Positions 35,659-45,867 of a stretch of 64,000 nucleotides of DNA are shown piece after piece (position 1 is the first letter of the stretch; each line of letters opens with the position of its first letter). The translations under genes were made by a program, and so were the position numbers. Below the pieces are notes generated by a model that saw nothing but the letters and a program-made list of their open reading frames with translations, was not told the origin of the DNA and did not search any database. This DNA comes from Minisyncoccota bacterium. GTDB lineage: Bacteria > Patescibacteriota > Minisyncoccia > Phycocordibacterales > JACRKE01. The stretch is taken from NCBI GenBank assembly GCA_041660505.1, contig JBAZWG010000001.1:307979-371978 (forward strand), read 5' to 3'.

Positions 35659-37072
35659 ACAATATCAAGCATAGCATGGCCAGATACCAGATAAGCATTA
35701 ATGCCGTAGGCAATGAAGCGATTTGCAAATACGCGAACGGCAGATGAGCGGCGAGCGACACAACTCGTAAAACGTACAAAAGCAAAATGTGAGTCGGCAC
35801 GAGCGCAATGAATGCGACCGGATATGCAATGAAGCCGAGCACGATCATTATTGCGCCCAAGAGCATTAATGTCGGGACGACAGGCAGGATAAGAATATTG
35901 GCGAGAAGCGAGATGAGAGACACTATCCCCGTCTTATATATAATGAGTGGCATTATCATAGCCTCGGCCGCAATTGTGCCCGTAAGAATTTCTTTGACTC
36001 CGTAGAGCGCTGGTGCGCGTACGAGCAAACGACCAACAACCGGCGAGAGCCAGATAATGCCGGCGGCAGCGAGGAAAGAGAGTTGGAATGAGAAATCATA
36101 AAGAGGCGTAAGCGGATTCCAAAGAGACATTAGCAGTGCCGTGACCACAAGTGCCGTGCCGGCATCATATGTCCTGCCTTCTTTTTGCGCGAGCAAAAGT
36201 ATCACAGACATCACTGCCGCACGCACAGCCGAGGCAGAAAGCCCGGTCATAATGACGAACAAAACAATCATTACCCCGCTTAGGCCGAGGCCGATAGCCG
36301 TGGGTATACCGAAATATAAAATGACTGCTCCGATAGCATTCGCAATTATCGTAATGTTGTAACCCGATATGGCGACCACATGCGAGACGCCTGTCTGATT
36401 GAATTCGGCAAGTACCTCTTTGCCTATCGTCGTACGCGCACCGATCAAGATGCCGGCGACGAGCGACGACTCCGGCTCCGGCAGAAGTTCTGATATTTTA
36501 TTTAGGAATGTATGCTTGATTCCGTAAAGAAAAGAAAATGCAGAATTGCCTGCACCGCTCTTTATTTTCGATACGCTCGCATATTTAAACTCATACTGAA
36601 TACCGCGGAGTTTTAAGTATTCCTTCCAATAATCCGTCACGTTGGTCGCCTCAACTGCAGTTAAATTACCTTTTATGGAGATCAGATCACCGTAAGTAAA
36701 TTCCTGCGGGCCGTTTAATGTCACCACGGCCTCTTTATTTTTAAACATAGAGTCGTCAGTAAACTTAAGCGTTAGCCGCATACCGGTGTCTTGCTCTACC
36801 GGTTCGTCATTAACTACTGCCTGTATATTCACACTTTGCGCCGGTAGAAGTGCGGGTTGATTCACCTGCCAGAATTCATAACGAAAGATACCGAGACTTG
36901 TGGCGATTAGAAATACTGCGGTAATAAGCACTGCTCGTTCGCGCGATACGAACGGTAATATGAGCGCAAGCAGAAGCAAGAAAATCCCCACAGACCAGCC
37001 GAGCGCGAGAAAATAGGCAACAAAAATACCTGCGACGAATCCGACGCAGGCAGTGTAAACGTAAACACGCAT
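35612..37072 (-). CDS. comEC: ComEC/Rec2 N-terminal membrane channel domain (5' part of a split comEC)
   Basis: 486 aa and polytopic (DUF4131 plus a competence-like domain). An A6 tract at 35624-35629 lies 10 nt before its stop. Confidence 0.75.
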   Translation of the reverse strand: MRVYVYTACVGFVAGIFVAYFLALGWSVGIFLLLLALILPFVSRERAVLITAVFLIATSLGIFRYEFWQVNQPALLPAQSVNIQAVVNDEPVEQDTGMRLTLKFTDDSMFKNKEAVVTLNGPQEFTYGDLISIKGNLTAVEATNVTDYWKEYLKLRGIQYEFKYASVSKIKSGAGNSAFSFLYGIKHTFLNKISELLPEPESSLVAGILIGARTTIGKEVLAEFNQTGVSHVVAISGYNITIIANAIGAVILYFGIPTAIGLGLSGVMIVLFVIMTGLSASAVRAAVMSVILLLAQKEGRTYDAGTALVVTALLMSLWNPLTPLYDFSFQLSFLAAAGIIWLSPVVGRLLVRAPALYGVKEILTGTIAAEAMIMPLIIYKTGIVSLISLLANILILPVVPTLMLLGAIMIVLGFIAYPVAFIALVPTHILLLYVLRVVSLAAHLPFAYLQIASLPTALMLIWYLAMLCLILYERKLPEILHKKALR

Positions 37073-37075
37073 AGC

Positions 37076-37519
37076 CTACGCCTTATGATTATCAATAGCC
37101 TCGTTCGAGAGCCGGTCGGCTTCTTTATTCTTTTCGCGCGGGACGTGGGTAAAGGTAATGTGCGGAAAGTGGCTGGCAATCGTCATCACGCGGTCGAACT
37201 GTTCACGCAAGACCGGATGCTTCACGCGATAGAGCCCATTCAACTGCCGCACAGCGAGCTCGGAGTCCATCCGCACATCCAGGTGCGTATCCTTCGCCGC
37301 AGCGCCTACGATCTTCTTAGCTTCAGTCAGCCCCAGAATAATAGCCTGATATTCGGCAAAATTATTCGTCTGGTTACCAAGATATTCTGTGCATTCTTTA
37401 AGTACCTTCCCGTCAGCATCAGTAATATAAGCCCCCGCCCCGGCAACGGCTTTATCTTTCACTTGATTATTCCGCGAAGCCCCGTCGGTATAGATAATTA
37501 ACTTTTGCACGACCATCAA
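37076..37519 (-). CDS. rnhA: Ribonuclease HI
   Basis: It has IYTDGASRNN...AGAGAY...NNFAEYQAIILGL...HVPREKNKEAD. Confidence 0.85.
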   Translation of the reverse strand: MMVVQKLIIYTDGASRNNQVKDKAVAGAGAYITDADGKVLKECTEYLGNQTNNFAEYQAIILGLTEAKKIVGAAAKDTHLDVRMDSELAVRQLNGLYRVKHPVLREQFDRVMTIASHFPHITFTHVPREKNKEADRLSNEAIDNHKA

Positions 37520-37521
37520 AC

Positions 37522-37932
37522 TTATTGTATCCTCGAAGAATCGTAGGCCGTGCGTACCTCAGTGCGGAGCCATGTTTTAGCATCTGTGTAACTAGCGAAA
37601 ACCGCCTCCTTTTGTGCGGTGCGCAACAGTTCACCGACTGGGCCATCAGGAAGTTCACCCTTAAAATCAACCACACAGTTATAGCCAGAAGTATGATCGG
37701 CACCCTTAACAATACGATATTCAACGTTTACTCCTTTAAGGATTGGATGAATTTCTGCGGCAGCATCATCAACGAACTCAGGCGCCACTCCGCCTTCCTT
37801 CGCCTTTTGTCGAGTAAGTTCTGCAAATCGCTCCGAAGAACCCGTGGGCAGTCTGTTTGCCTGCAAGGAATCCTGAATCTCAATGTCTTGCGCTTTTTCC
37901 TCTTCGTGGGTACCTGGTACTGATTCGCTCAT
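37522..37932 (-). CDS. Hypothetical protein
   Basis: 136-aa ORF, 3 nt upstream of rnhA. No family was recognised. Confidence 0.45.
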   Translation of the reverse strand: MSESVPGTHEEEKAQDIEIQDSLQANRLPTGSSERFAELTRQKAKEGGVAPEFVDDAAAEIHPILKGVNVEYRIVKGADHTSGYNCVVDFKGELPDGPVGELLRTAQKEAVFASYTDAKTWLRTEVRTAYDSSRIQ

Positions 37933-37999
37933 TTTATTGTTGTTTACTAAATAATGTTGTCATTATATCCTTCACGCGACATTTTGCAATCCACGCCCC

Positions 38000-39682
38000 T
38001 TATTCCACAAGACCGCCTTGTGCATAGGCCCAATCTACAATTCTAAGCCGTAACTCGTGCGGGTATTTGAAGGTGGATTTTTCTAGCGTTACTTGTAGAT
38101 CAAGCTTCGTATCTAGTTTGATATTTTTGAACTCGTCATAGGTGAAGAACTTAATAGCGCCTATACTACTGCGTGACTTTTTGAGAATTAATTCTGTATG
38201 TATCCCTTCTTTGCCGAAGAATCTTACTTCGCTCACCTCGACATTCTTTAAACTGAATACCGGCTTCTCGTTACCAACACCGAACGGCGCGAATTGATCT
38301 ACCTCTCTGTACATTTCCCAGGTTATGTCATTAACGTCAATCTCTATATATTCTGATTTTTCTATTTGAGCCTTATTATAGAGAGTTGAACTCTCTAAGT
38401 TAAGCTTCTTGTAAGCAGATATCAGTGCCGGTGCAAACAATTCTATTTTATCTTCGTAGATTGAGAAGCCGCCGGCGAGTTCGTGCCCGCCGAAGTCTAA
38501 GAATATTTCATTGGAAATTTCTTTCGTTTCTGTCATCAGCTCTACTATATTTACCGAACCGTCGGAACGGCACGAGCCTTTCAGATGTGTTGAAGTGTGT
38601 TTGCCCCAGACGAACGCTGGCTTCTCATATTTCTCTGCGAGCATATTGGCGGCGAGGCCTACTATCCCCGGCTTCCAGTCTCTATGGCCTATCACTATAA
38701 CGGGTAAATCGGTGTGTAAATGCATGAGCGCCTCGGCTTCTTGGATGATAATTTGCACTTCACTCTTCCTGTCTGCATTGTGATCCAGTAATTTTTGCAC
38801 GAGCTCCGCCGCCTCGCCGCCATCTTCGGTCGTGAGCAATTTGAAGGCATCATAGGGGTCGCCCATCCTACTCGCCGCGTTTATGTGCGGGCCGATGGTG
38901 AAGCCGACGTCATCTTCTGTTAGATTTTCCGGCCTAACATTTTTCTTTTTTAACAATTGCAAAATACCGACCCTAGGAGTTTTACGTAATACTTTGAGCC
39001 CGTAATAAGCCAAGACTCTATTCTCGCCGGTCAGAGAAACCATATCGGCAATAGTTGCAAGACCGGCCAGATCAAGCAACCATTTCTCCCAGCCTTTCGG
39101 TAGCTCGAACTTCCCCTCTTTCATCAAAGCCTGCACTAACTTAAACGCCGTGCCCGCACCGCAAATATTTTTATTTTTATACTTGTCACCTTTCTTTTGT
39201 GCGTTTATTATTGCGTAAGCTTTCGGTAGTTTATCCTGAACAATATGGTGATCTGTAATTATTACATCAATGCCAAATTTACTCGCCTCGTCAACCGCTT
39301 CTGTATCTGTGATACCGCAATCTACCGTGATAATTAATGAAGCGTGTTGTTTCTGGAGTTTGCGCACCGCTTCTACTGTCATGCCGTACCCCTCTGTATA
39401 TCTATGCGGAATATAGGCGCTGATTTTCTTGTACCCGATTTTTTTGAAAAATTCGTAAAGTAATGCCGTGCCCGGAATGCCATCGCAATCATAGTCGCCG
39501 AAGATGACTATCTGTTCTTGATTCGAAATTGCATGGAGAATTATTGCGACCGCTTTCTTCATCCCCGAAAACAGGAATGGATCGTGCAAGTCGCGCACAT
39601 AGTCCGGATGCAAGAATATTTCTGCCGCCTTTTTTGTTGTTATGCCGCGTGCTTTGAGCAGCTGTTGCGTAAGGCTGGCCAT
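38000..39682 (-). CDS. recJ: Single-stranded-DNA-specific exonuclease RecJ (DHH/DHHA1)
   Basis: 560 aa. It has the DHH-family motifs ...IFGDYDCDGI... and ITDHH. Confidence 0.85.
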   Translation of the reverse strand: MASLTQQLLKARGITTKKAAEIFLHPDYVRDLHDPFLFSGMKKAVAIILHAISNQEQIVIFGDYDCDGIPGTALLYEFFKKIGYKKISAYIPHRYTEGYGMTVEAVRKLQKQHASLIITVDCGITDTEAVDEASKFGIDVIITDHHIVQDKLPKAYAIINAQKKGDKYKNKNICGAGTAFKLVQALMKEGKFELPKGWEKWLLDLAGLATIADMVSLTGENRVLAYYGLKVLRKTPRVGILQLLKKKNVRPENLTEDDVGFTIGPHINAASRMGDPYDAFKLLTTEDGGEAAELVQKLLDHNADRKSEVQIIIQEAEALMHLHTDLPVIVIGHRDWKPGIVGLAANMLAEKYEKPAFVWGKHTSTHLKGSCRSDGSVNIVELMTETKEISNEIFLDFGGHELAGGFSIYEDKIELFAPALISAYKKLNLESSTLYNKAQIEKSEYIEIDVNDITWEMYREVDQFAPFGVGNEKPVFSLKNVEVSEVRFFGKEGIHTELILKKSRSSIGAIKFFTYDEFKNIKLDTKLDLQVTLEKSTFKYPHELRLRIVDWAYAQGGLVE

Positions 39683-39702
39683 ATGAGCTATGATTGTAGC
39701 AT

Positions 39703-40113
39703 ATGGATTGTATCTTCTGTAAAATCATCCGGGGCGAGATACCGTGCGAGAAAGTCTATGAAGATGAGTTCGTTTTATCGTTCTTGGATATCAACCCGGT
39801 AATGCCTGGACATACGTTGGTAATTACCAAAGAACATCATGCCAATATTTTGGAAGTAGCCGAAGGCACGCTCGAGCGCCTCGCAACCCGCGTGCAGAAA
39901 GTGGCGCGCGGAGTTAAAGACGGCACATTAGCGGACGGCATCTTCGTCTCAACCTTATCCGGCGAAGCCGCCGGCCAAAGCGTCTTCCACATCCACTTCC
40001 ACATAATCCCCCGTTATGAAAATGACGGCCTGGTAAACTGGCCGTACAAACCGTACGCCCCGGGCGAGAGAGAAGAAGTTGCCAAGAAAATTAAGACTGC
40101 TTTGAGTTCTTAA
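39703..40113 (+). CDS. HIT-family (histidine triad) hydrolase
   Basis: It has MDCIFCKIIRGEIP...VFHIHFHIIPR (HxHxHxx). Confidence 0.85.
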   Translation: MDCIFCKIIRGEIPCEKVYEDEFVLSFLDINPVMPGHTLVITKEHHANILEVAEGTLERLATRVQKVARGVKDGTLADGIFVSTLSGEAAGQSVFHIHFHIIPRYENDGLVNWPYKPYAPGEREEVAKKIKTALSS

Positions 40114-41221
40114 GGGCTTCGATGGCCGGCAGGGTGCCTTTGGCCAAGAAGTCTATCATGGCGCCGCCGCCTATTGAGACGAAGGTGAATTTGTCTAAGA
40201 GGCCGAGCTTTTTTATCGAGGCAATGGTGTCGCCACCGCCGACTATCGTTCCCGCCTTTGACTCCGCCAAGATTTTCGCCATGCTTTCCGTGCCTTCTTT
40301 ATAGCCTTTTTCATAGACCCCTAACGGCCCGTTCCATAGCACAAACCTCGCTTTCGCGATTTCTTTACCGAGCATTTGTATCGTGTCTAGTCCGACATCG
40401 AGCATATTCTCGTTCGTTTGTACCAAATCCGGATTTTTGGTTAAAGACTGTCCATCGCGATCTACAACAACATCTGCCGGCAACAAAACATTTTTATATC
40501 CCAAAATTTTCTTGGCTTCTTTAAGATCGCCGTCGACCAATGAAAGCCCTGTTTCATAGCCTTTTACTCTAAATAAAGTGTTGGCAAGCGAACCGCCGAC
40601 GAACACCGTGTCGGCCTTACCGGCGAACTGGTGCACTAAAGGAATTTTCGTATCTGCCTTGGCCCCGCCGAAGATGCAGAGGAATGGATGCGTCGGTTCG
40701 AAGGCGCCGGAGAGCTGGACGACCTCTTCGGCAAATTCAAGCCCGGCATAACTTGGTAAATATTCCGTAACGCCGACAACGGAGGCGTATGAACGATGAG
40801 CGTCCGGAAATGATTCGTTAACAAAAAAATCTGCGCAAGATGCAAGTTCTTTTGCAAAGATAGGATCGTTCTGCTCCTCGCGCGGATCGGTACGGATATT
40901 CTTGAGCACAACCCCTTCTCCGGGCAGAAGTGCGTCAACTTTTTCGTTAACAATCTTCGGATCAAGTGAGTCAACATATAAGAATCCGAAATATCGCGCG
41001 ATAGGTTCTGTACTCTCTTCCCCGTCGTGCCCGATGTGGCCGACCAGAATTATCTTCACCTTGTTCTCTTTAAGATATTCGATGGTCGGCTTAATGCGGT
41101 TGAGCCGAAAGTCTTCTGTTACTTCTCCATCGGTTATGGGCACGTCCATGCCGGCGACAACCAAGGCTCTTTTGCCCTCCAGGCTCGGTATGCTCCCAAT
41201 TTGTGGCAGATTGTTATGCAT
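40091..41221 (-). CDS. pgk: Phosphoglycerate kinase
   Basis: 376 aa. It has ...ESFPDAHRSYASVVGV... and GGGA/GGGDT. It lies directly upstream of tpiA. Confidence 0.8.
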   Translation of the reverse strand: MHNNLPQIGSIPSLEGKRALVVAGMDVPITDGEVTEDFRLNRIKPTIEYLKENKVKIILVGHIGHDGEESTEPIARYFGFLYVDSLDPKIVNEKVDALLPGEGVVLKNIRTDPREEQNDPIFAKELASCADFFVNESFPDAHRSYASVVGVTEYLPSYAGLEFAEEVVQLSGAFEPTHPFLCIFGGAKADTKIPLVHQFAGKADTVFVGGSLANTLFRVKGYETGLSLVDGDLKEAKKILGYKNVLLPADVVVDRDGQSLTKNPDLVQTNENMLDVGLDTIQMLGKEIAKARFVLWNGPLGVYEKGYKEGTESMAKILAESKAGTIVGGGDTIASIKKLGLLDKFTFVSIGGGAMIDFLAKGTLPAIEALKNSKQS

Positions 41222-41987
41222 GTGCGGCGTTACTTGCTATACGAATAATTTCAGAAAAGTTCTTGGGGTTCAAACTCTCTCGGCCGACAAGCAGACCGTC
41301 TACATGAGAAATAGAGAGTAGTGCGGTGGCGCCTTTCATATCGACAGATCCGCCGTAGAGCGTGCGCACTTTATTACCCGTCTTACTCAAGACGCTCGCC
41401 AGCACTTTGCGGATATAAAGCATCATCTGTTCAATCTCCTCCGGCTCGGCGGCGCGGGCCGCGTCTTTGCCTATCGCCCAGACCGGCTCGTAGGCTATGA
41501 CGATGCGGCCGGAATCTTTCTTCTGTACACCCTTAAGCCCAGCCGTTAGCTGGTCTTGAACGGCAGAGAGATAAAAGCCATGTTCATCACGCTGTTTCTC
41601 ACCGACGCAAAGAATAATAGTGAAGCCCAAAGCAAGAGCCATTTTAACTTTCTTATTAATCATTTCGTCGGTATCACCCGCCGCGCGCCGTTCCGAATGG
41701 CCAATAATGAGATATGAAGCGCCGGCACCACGTAACATAAGCGGAGAAATTTGACCCGTATAGGCGCCGACCTTCTCGAAGTAGGCGTCCTGCGCACCAA
41801 GCTTGAGCTTGTCCGAGCGAAACATTCTATTAATTTCAGAAAGATATATGTCCGGCGGACAGAGAACGGTCATAACATTTTTAGCAGTCAGAGCCTCTTT
41901 CTTTATGCTATTCACTATCCCCTTAGCCACCTTAAGCGACTCGGGATTCATCTTCCAATTCCCTATTATTAATTTTTTATATTCCAT
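41214..41987 (-). CDS. tpiA: Triosephosphate isomerase
   Basis: It has IIGNWKMN...IAYEPVWAIG...GGSV. Confidence 0.9.
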   Translation of the reverse strand: MEYKKLIIGNWKMNPESLKVAKGIVNSIKKEALTAKNVMTVLCPPDIYLSEINRMFRSDKLKLGAQDAYFEKVGAYTGQISPLMLRGAGASYLIIGHSERRAAGDTDEMINKKVKMALALGFTIILCVGEKQRDEHGFYLSAVQDQLTAGLKGVQKKDSGRIVIAYEPVWAIGKDAARAAEPEEIEQMMLYIRKVLASVLSKTGNKVRTLYGGSVDMKGATALLSISHVDGLLVGRESLNPKNFSEIIRIASNAAHA

Positions 41988-41996
41988 GTCGTAATA

Positions 41997-43469
41997 CTAC
42001 TGTATTTCGCGCCACTTTAACAGTGCGTAGTTGGAGGAGACCAGCGGGAAAGATGGAGGCGGACTATAAAACAAGTTCTGATCATAGACATAAGTGCGCG
42101 TTTGGTAGCCGGTACCGTCGGCGTAGGCAAAGCCGGGACGGTCGAATGAAGTCATTGAACCGTAGAGATATAGGGACGCACGCGTATCATAGGGCGAGCA
42201 CTTATCATCATCCCCTTCTTTTTTATCAAATTTGAAACGTTGGACTGACCCGTCCTTCGCAATAAGCGCCGCATCGATGCGCAAGTTATCATCGCTCTGC
42301 CAACCGATATTGATGTTATTCTGGCCGAAAATTCCGATAACATCGGTACCGTCATAGTTGGTATATCGGATGCCGTGATTTATCGTTATATTTTTCTCTT
42401 GCCCGCTGAAACTTCCGGCAGCGAGCGTTACTCGCGTGTTGTTAACCTGTCCATCAATCCACAAGTCATCTTCAACGAAGATTATGCCGTTGGCGGGATA
42501 ATTGTTGGTACTCAATTTAGTTTCCGTATCTATTGCGCCCAATTCCCAGCCACTCTGCCCGCCGTTCGACGGACAGCTACCTCTGGGGACAAGTTTGTCT
42601 ACGTTATACACGTCGAAAGTACCGTTGATCTTAAGCACAATATGGTAACCGGCAGAATTCCCACCAGCTTTTGATAAGTGGAAGCCGCTTGAGGTTAATG
42701 ACTTTGTTTTCAAATCAAGCATAGTTGCCGTCAAGCTGGCGAAGCTTACCGCCGGAACAGTATAAAATGGCGGGAACTGTCGGCCGGCCAGGAAGACATC
42801 CGGCCGTGACGGAATAGACTGCACCGGCGGAACAGGGTCCACGGGAGAAACGTTGGTATTTACTCCTATCCTCTCCGTGTGTCCGTCGTCATCATAGGTA
42901 TCAATTGCGGCACTGACGATATTGTGGGCGACACCGTTGAATTGGATGCCGTGATTGCTGTGGACGAGACCATATGACTGTGCTCCGGTGCCCATCACCA
43001 TGCTCGAGTCGGTAAGAATTGCATACTTTGCGAACGAAGCCAGAGCGAGCGTTGCTTGAACCTTGCGCGTAATGCTCGAATCTTCTGCAACAGAACCGAT
43101 AGAAGTTATCACGACAGTCGTGGCACCTAGAGGCGGCGGCGTGATGGTTAAGGAATAACTTCCGATAGTATTCCCCAGTTTATCTTGATAAGTGTGCACA
43201 TAAGGCCCGACATGACCGGTGCCATCTTGATAATCGTTCTGGAAATGGGCAAGGTGCCAGCGATAGTATTCAATACCCGCCTCGGCAATATGGAATGCTT
43301 GTTCGCGTAAAACAGCCTTGCGAGTTGCATTCAGTGACGCTACTCCCCACAAAGCCAAGGCGCCAAGAAGAACGCTGCCTACGGTAGCAAAGACAAGGAC
43401 TTGGACGAGGAGAGCACCTCCGGAAGTTTTTAGTTTGTAGTTTTTAGTTTTTAGTAAAAACAAGATCAT
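41997..43469 (-). CDS. PilX-like type IV pilus assembly protein (N-terminal PilX domain)
   Basis: The N-terminus SGGALLVQVLVFATVGSVLLGALALWGVASLNATRKAVLREQAFHIAEAGIEYY matches the PilX_N pattern. Confidence 0.6.
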   Translation of the reverse strand: MILFLLKTKNYKLKTSGGALLVQVLVFATVGSVLLGALALWGVASLNATRKAVLREQAFHIAEAGIEYYRWHLAHFQNDYQDGTGHVGPYVHTYQDKLGNTIGSYSLTITPPPLGATTVVITSIGSVAEDSSITRKVQATLALASFAKYAILTDSSMVMGTGAQSYGLVHSNHGIQFNGVAHNIVSAAIDTYDDDGHTERIGVNTNVSPVDPVPPVQSIPSRPDVFLAGRQFPPFYTVPAVSFASLTATMLDLKTKSLTSSGFHLSKAGGNSAGYHIVLKINGTFDVYNVDKLVPRGSCPSNGGQSGWELGAIDTETKLSTNNYPANGIIFVEDDLWIDGQVNNTRVTLAAGSFSGQEKNITINHGIRYTNYDGTDVIGIFGQNNINIGWQSDDNLRIDAALIAKDGSVQRFKFDKKEGDDDKCSPYDTRASLYLYGSMTSFDRPGFAYADGTGYQTRTYVYDQNLFYSPPPSFPLVSSNYALLKWREIQ

Positions 43470-44077
43470 AGATTATCTTTCAAATTACGAATCGTCACTT
43501 GAGTACCGTCGACTATCGGAGCCGGTGAACGGTTCGGGTCAGGATCGACGCTCACGTTAACTTTTACCAAGCGCACTTGATCTATCGGTACAGGCTGGGT
43601 AAACGGCGCGCTATTACCGGTATAGGTGTCCGGATAATATGAAAATATTGCACTGCCGTTTGTGACGGTGTGCACCAGCTCTATAATTTTCTCGTTCGCA
43701 AGATTATATGTCGGCGGAGAGCCCAGTGTCGGCGAGATTATCCCCCTCTTTAATATATTGCCGCTCATATAATATCTGACCTTCTCGTGCGTACCATCGC
43801 CGTTTACATCGGAGAAAAAAGTAATGGCCGAACTTGATGCGACTATAAACAAGTAATCGCCGGCATCGGAGGGTTCGGCGGTTCGCAACTCTGCCGTGAA
43901 TTGCTTGAGTCCGCGACGCAATTCGTCTGATGCGATAAGCCGTTCTTGGTTGTAGGCGTTCAACGAGAAAACATCCCTGCTGAATGAGCTTACGGCAATA
44001 GCCAAGATTGCAAGAATAGCGATTGAAACCAGAAGCTCGGTCAACACAAATCCTTTATTATCATGTAGCCTCTCCAT
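43466..44077 (-). CDS. Type IV prepilin-like protein (minor pilin/pseudopilin)
   Basis: It has the class III signal MERLHDNKG|FVLTELLVSIAILAILAIAV, with Gly-Phe cleavage and Glu at +5. Confidence 0.75.
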   Translation of the reverse strand: MERLHDNKGFVLTELLVSIAILAILAIAVSSFSRDVFSLNAYNQERLIASDELRRGLKQFTAELRTAEPSDAGDYLFIVASSSAITFFSDVNGDGTHEKVRYYMSGNILKRGIISPTLGSPPTYNLANEKIIELVHTVTNGSAIFSYYPDTYTGNSAPFTQPVPIDQVRLVKVNVSVDPDPNRSPAPIVDGTQVTIRNLKDNL

Positions 44078-44080
44078 AAA

Positions 44081-45865
44081 TTATTGATGCGTAATATAAA
44101 CCAGGCGCTGCTGCCAGTCATCACTTACTAATATGTCATTTGCTATGGCCGTTGTATAGCCCGGAGCACTAATGGTGGCGGTGTAATAATTAGGAGAGCT
44201 ATATTTGGTCAGACCTTGGAACAACACTTCCCCCGACGGCGTGCAGGCAGTGGTGTACTGAAATTGCACGTCTGTTACGGACGGCGTCAAAGTAGACGAC
44301 GCGGTTTGTAAGAGTACTTTATACCTGAAGTAGCGATTGTTCGCGAGCTCACTGCCGATGGAATTTTGTGCCAGCGTGTAATACGTGCTTGCAGTACCGT
44401 CCGGGCCGATATAGTTCCAGGTGGTATTGTCGGTGTTGGCGGCAATTTGCATGCGCACCGCATTCGCCCCGACACCTGCCGGCACATCGACGGGGTTCCA
44501 TTTTACATTATAGAGCGACGCGACTATGCCAAGGTCGAAGCTAGATGATGTTAACCAACCGGACGGTGCGTAGGTCGAAAAAGTTTTGAGCAGACTGATT
44601 TGCCCAGCTGGCGTGATAGATATGTTGCCGTCAGAGTCATAAAATTTAGTTTGGTCGGTATAGTTCGCCTGCCCTGCTCCGCCGGACCAGTCTGTCTGTT
44701 CCAATACTCCAACGCCAGTCGACTTAGAAAGATTAACACTGTTCCCCGTCAGCGTGACGGTCGCGCCGGAAACAGGAAGTTTAGTGGCCGTGTCTTTTAT
44801 ATCCAAGAGCAACGCCGCCGCTTGTCTGGTATAAACTGTGAGGTTTATCGTCGCCGTCGAGGCAGGGGCGATAGCTATCGGCATTATCGGCAAAGCGCCG
44901 CCCAAATCATATGTTGTGCTGGATGATGTTATCGTGTAGTTGTCCCATTCGAGATTCGGGACAGTAATACTCCCTGTCGCACCGGTATTCTGTCGAACAA
45001 AGTATTTATAAACCGGCAAACCACTCTTGGTGCCTATTGTTTTATTGCCTCGGAGCATGAATGGGAAGTTCGGTTGTGGAACGCAAGATGTATTAACACT
45101 CTGGAATACTGGCGAGGCGGTCCGGTCTATATAAAACGAGAGACCGGTAGTCTGCCCTGCCGAGACTGTCGCATCGCGCACGGTTGGTGTCGGATTATCG
45201 CTTGTCACTTTATACGTTTTATCTGTGGAATAATTATCTTTAGTCGTGCTTAGCGCGTACGAAAGACTTGACGGTTTGACGTCATAAATAGTAAGCACCC
45301 CCTGCGCGTTAGTAACATCGAAGAAATTCAGATTGGGTGATACTGCGGTGTTGACGATCGTTACTTGCGCGCCTTGCACCGGCTGGGCAGAAGCATCGCG
45401 GACAGTAATCTTTAACGCACCGTTGTTGGTGGTGGTCTCAAGATTCTTCGGTGCTATCGTGGTTGTGAGCGCGATTGGCGTAAATTTTTTACACATACTG
45501 CAATCGACTGATATCTGCGCGAGCTTGTAATCTGCCTCGGCAGGGTCCGTCGGAAAGATACCATCCGACGGGTCATCGACATTACGGATGGTCGTCGTCA
45601 CCCGAAAGGTGTTGCCATCGCGAACGGTAGTAGTCGACTCCGTAACGACACCAGCCGGGATGCCGCCGATAATGCCGACGCTCTGATAAGGCAGATTGTG
45701 CAAAATTTCTATCTGCTCGTTCGCAAGCTCGATAGCATCAAGCTTGTCCCCCGCTCCGCGAGTAACGATCATCACGCTCGCGTAAGACTGATACATGGCG
45801 ATAGAGACGATAGCAAGCAATGCCGCCCCAACGACAATCTCAACCAGTGAAAATCCGCGCTTCAT
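44081..45865 (-). CDS. Large (594 aa) prepilin-type protein
   Basis: It has MKRG|FSLVEIVVGAALLAIVSIAM, a prepilin N-terminus, followed by a large beta-rich domain. Confidence 0.7.
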   Translation of the reverse strand: MKRGFSLVEIVVGAALLAIVSIAMYQSYASVMIVTRGAGDKLDAIELANEQIEILHNLPYQSVGIIGGIPAGVVTESTTTVRDGNTFRVTTTIRNVDDPSDGIFPTDPAEADYKLAQISVDCSMCKKFTPIALTTTIAPKNLETTTNNGALKITVRDASAQPVQGAQVTIVNTAVSPNLNFFDVTNAQGVLTIYDVKPSSLSYALSTTKDNYSTDKTYKVTSDNPTPTVRDATVSAGQTTGLSFYIDRTASPVFQSVNTSCVPQPNFPFMLRGNKTIGTKSGLPVYKYFVRQNTGATGSITVPNLEWDNYTITSSSTTYDLGGALPIMPIAIAPASTATINLTVYTRQAAALLLDIKDTATKLPVSGATVTLTGNSVNLSKSTGVGVLEQTDWSGGAGQANYTDQTKFYDSDGNISITPAGQISLLKTFSTYAPSGWLTSSSFDLGIVASLYNVKWNPVDVPAGVGANAVRMQIAANTDNTTWNYIGPDGTASTYYTLAQNSIGSELANNRYFRYKVLLQTASSTLTPSVTDVQFQYTTACTPSGEVLFQGLTKYSSPNYYTATISAPGYTTAIANDILVSDDWQQRLVYITHQ

Positions 45866-45867
45866 AG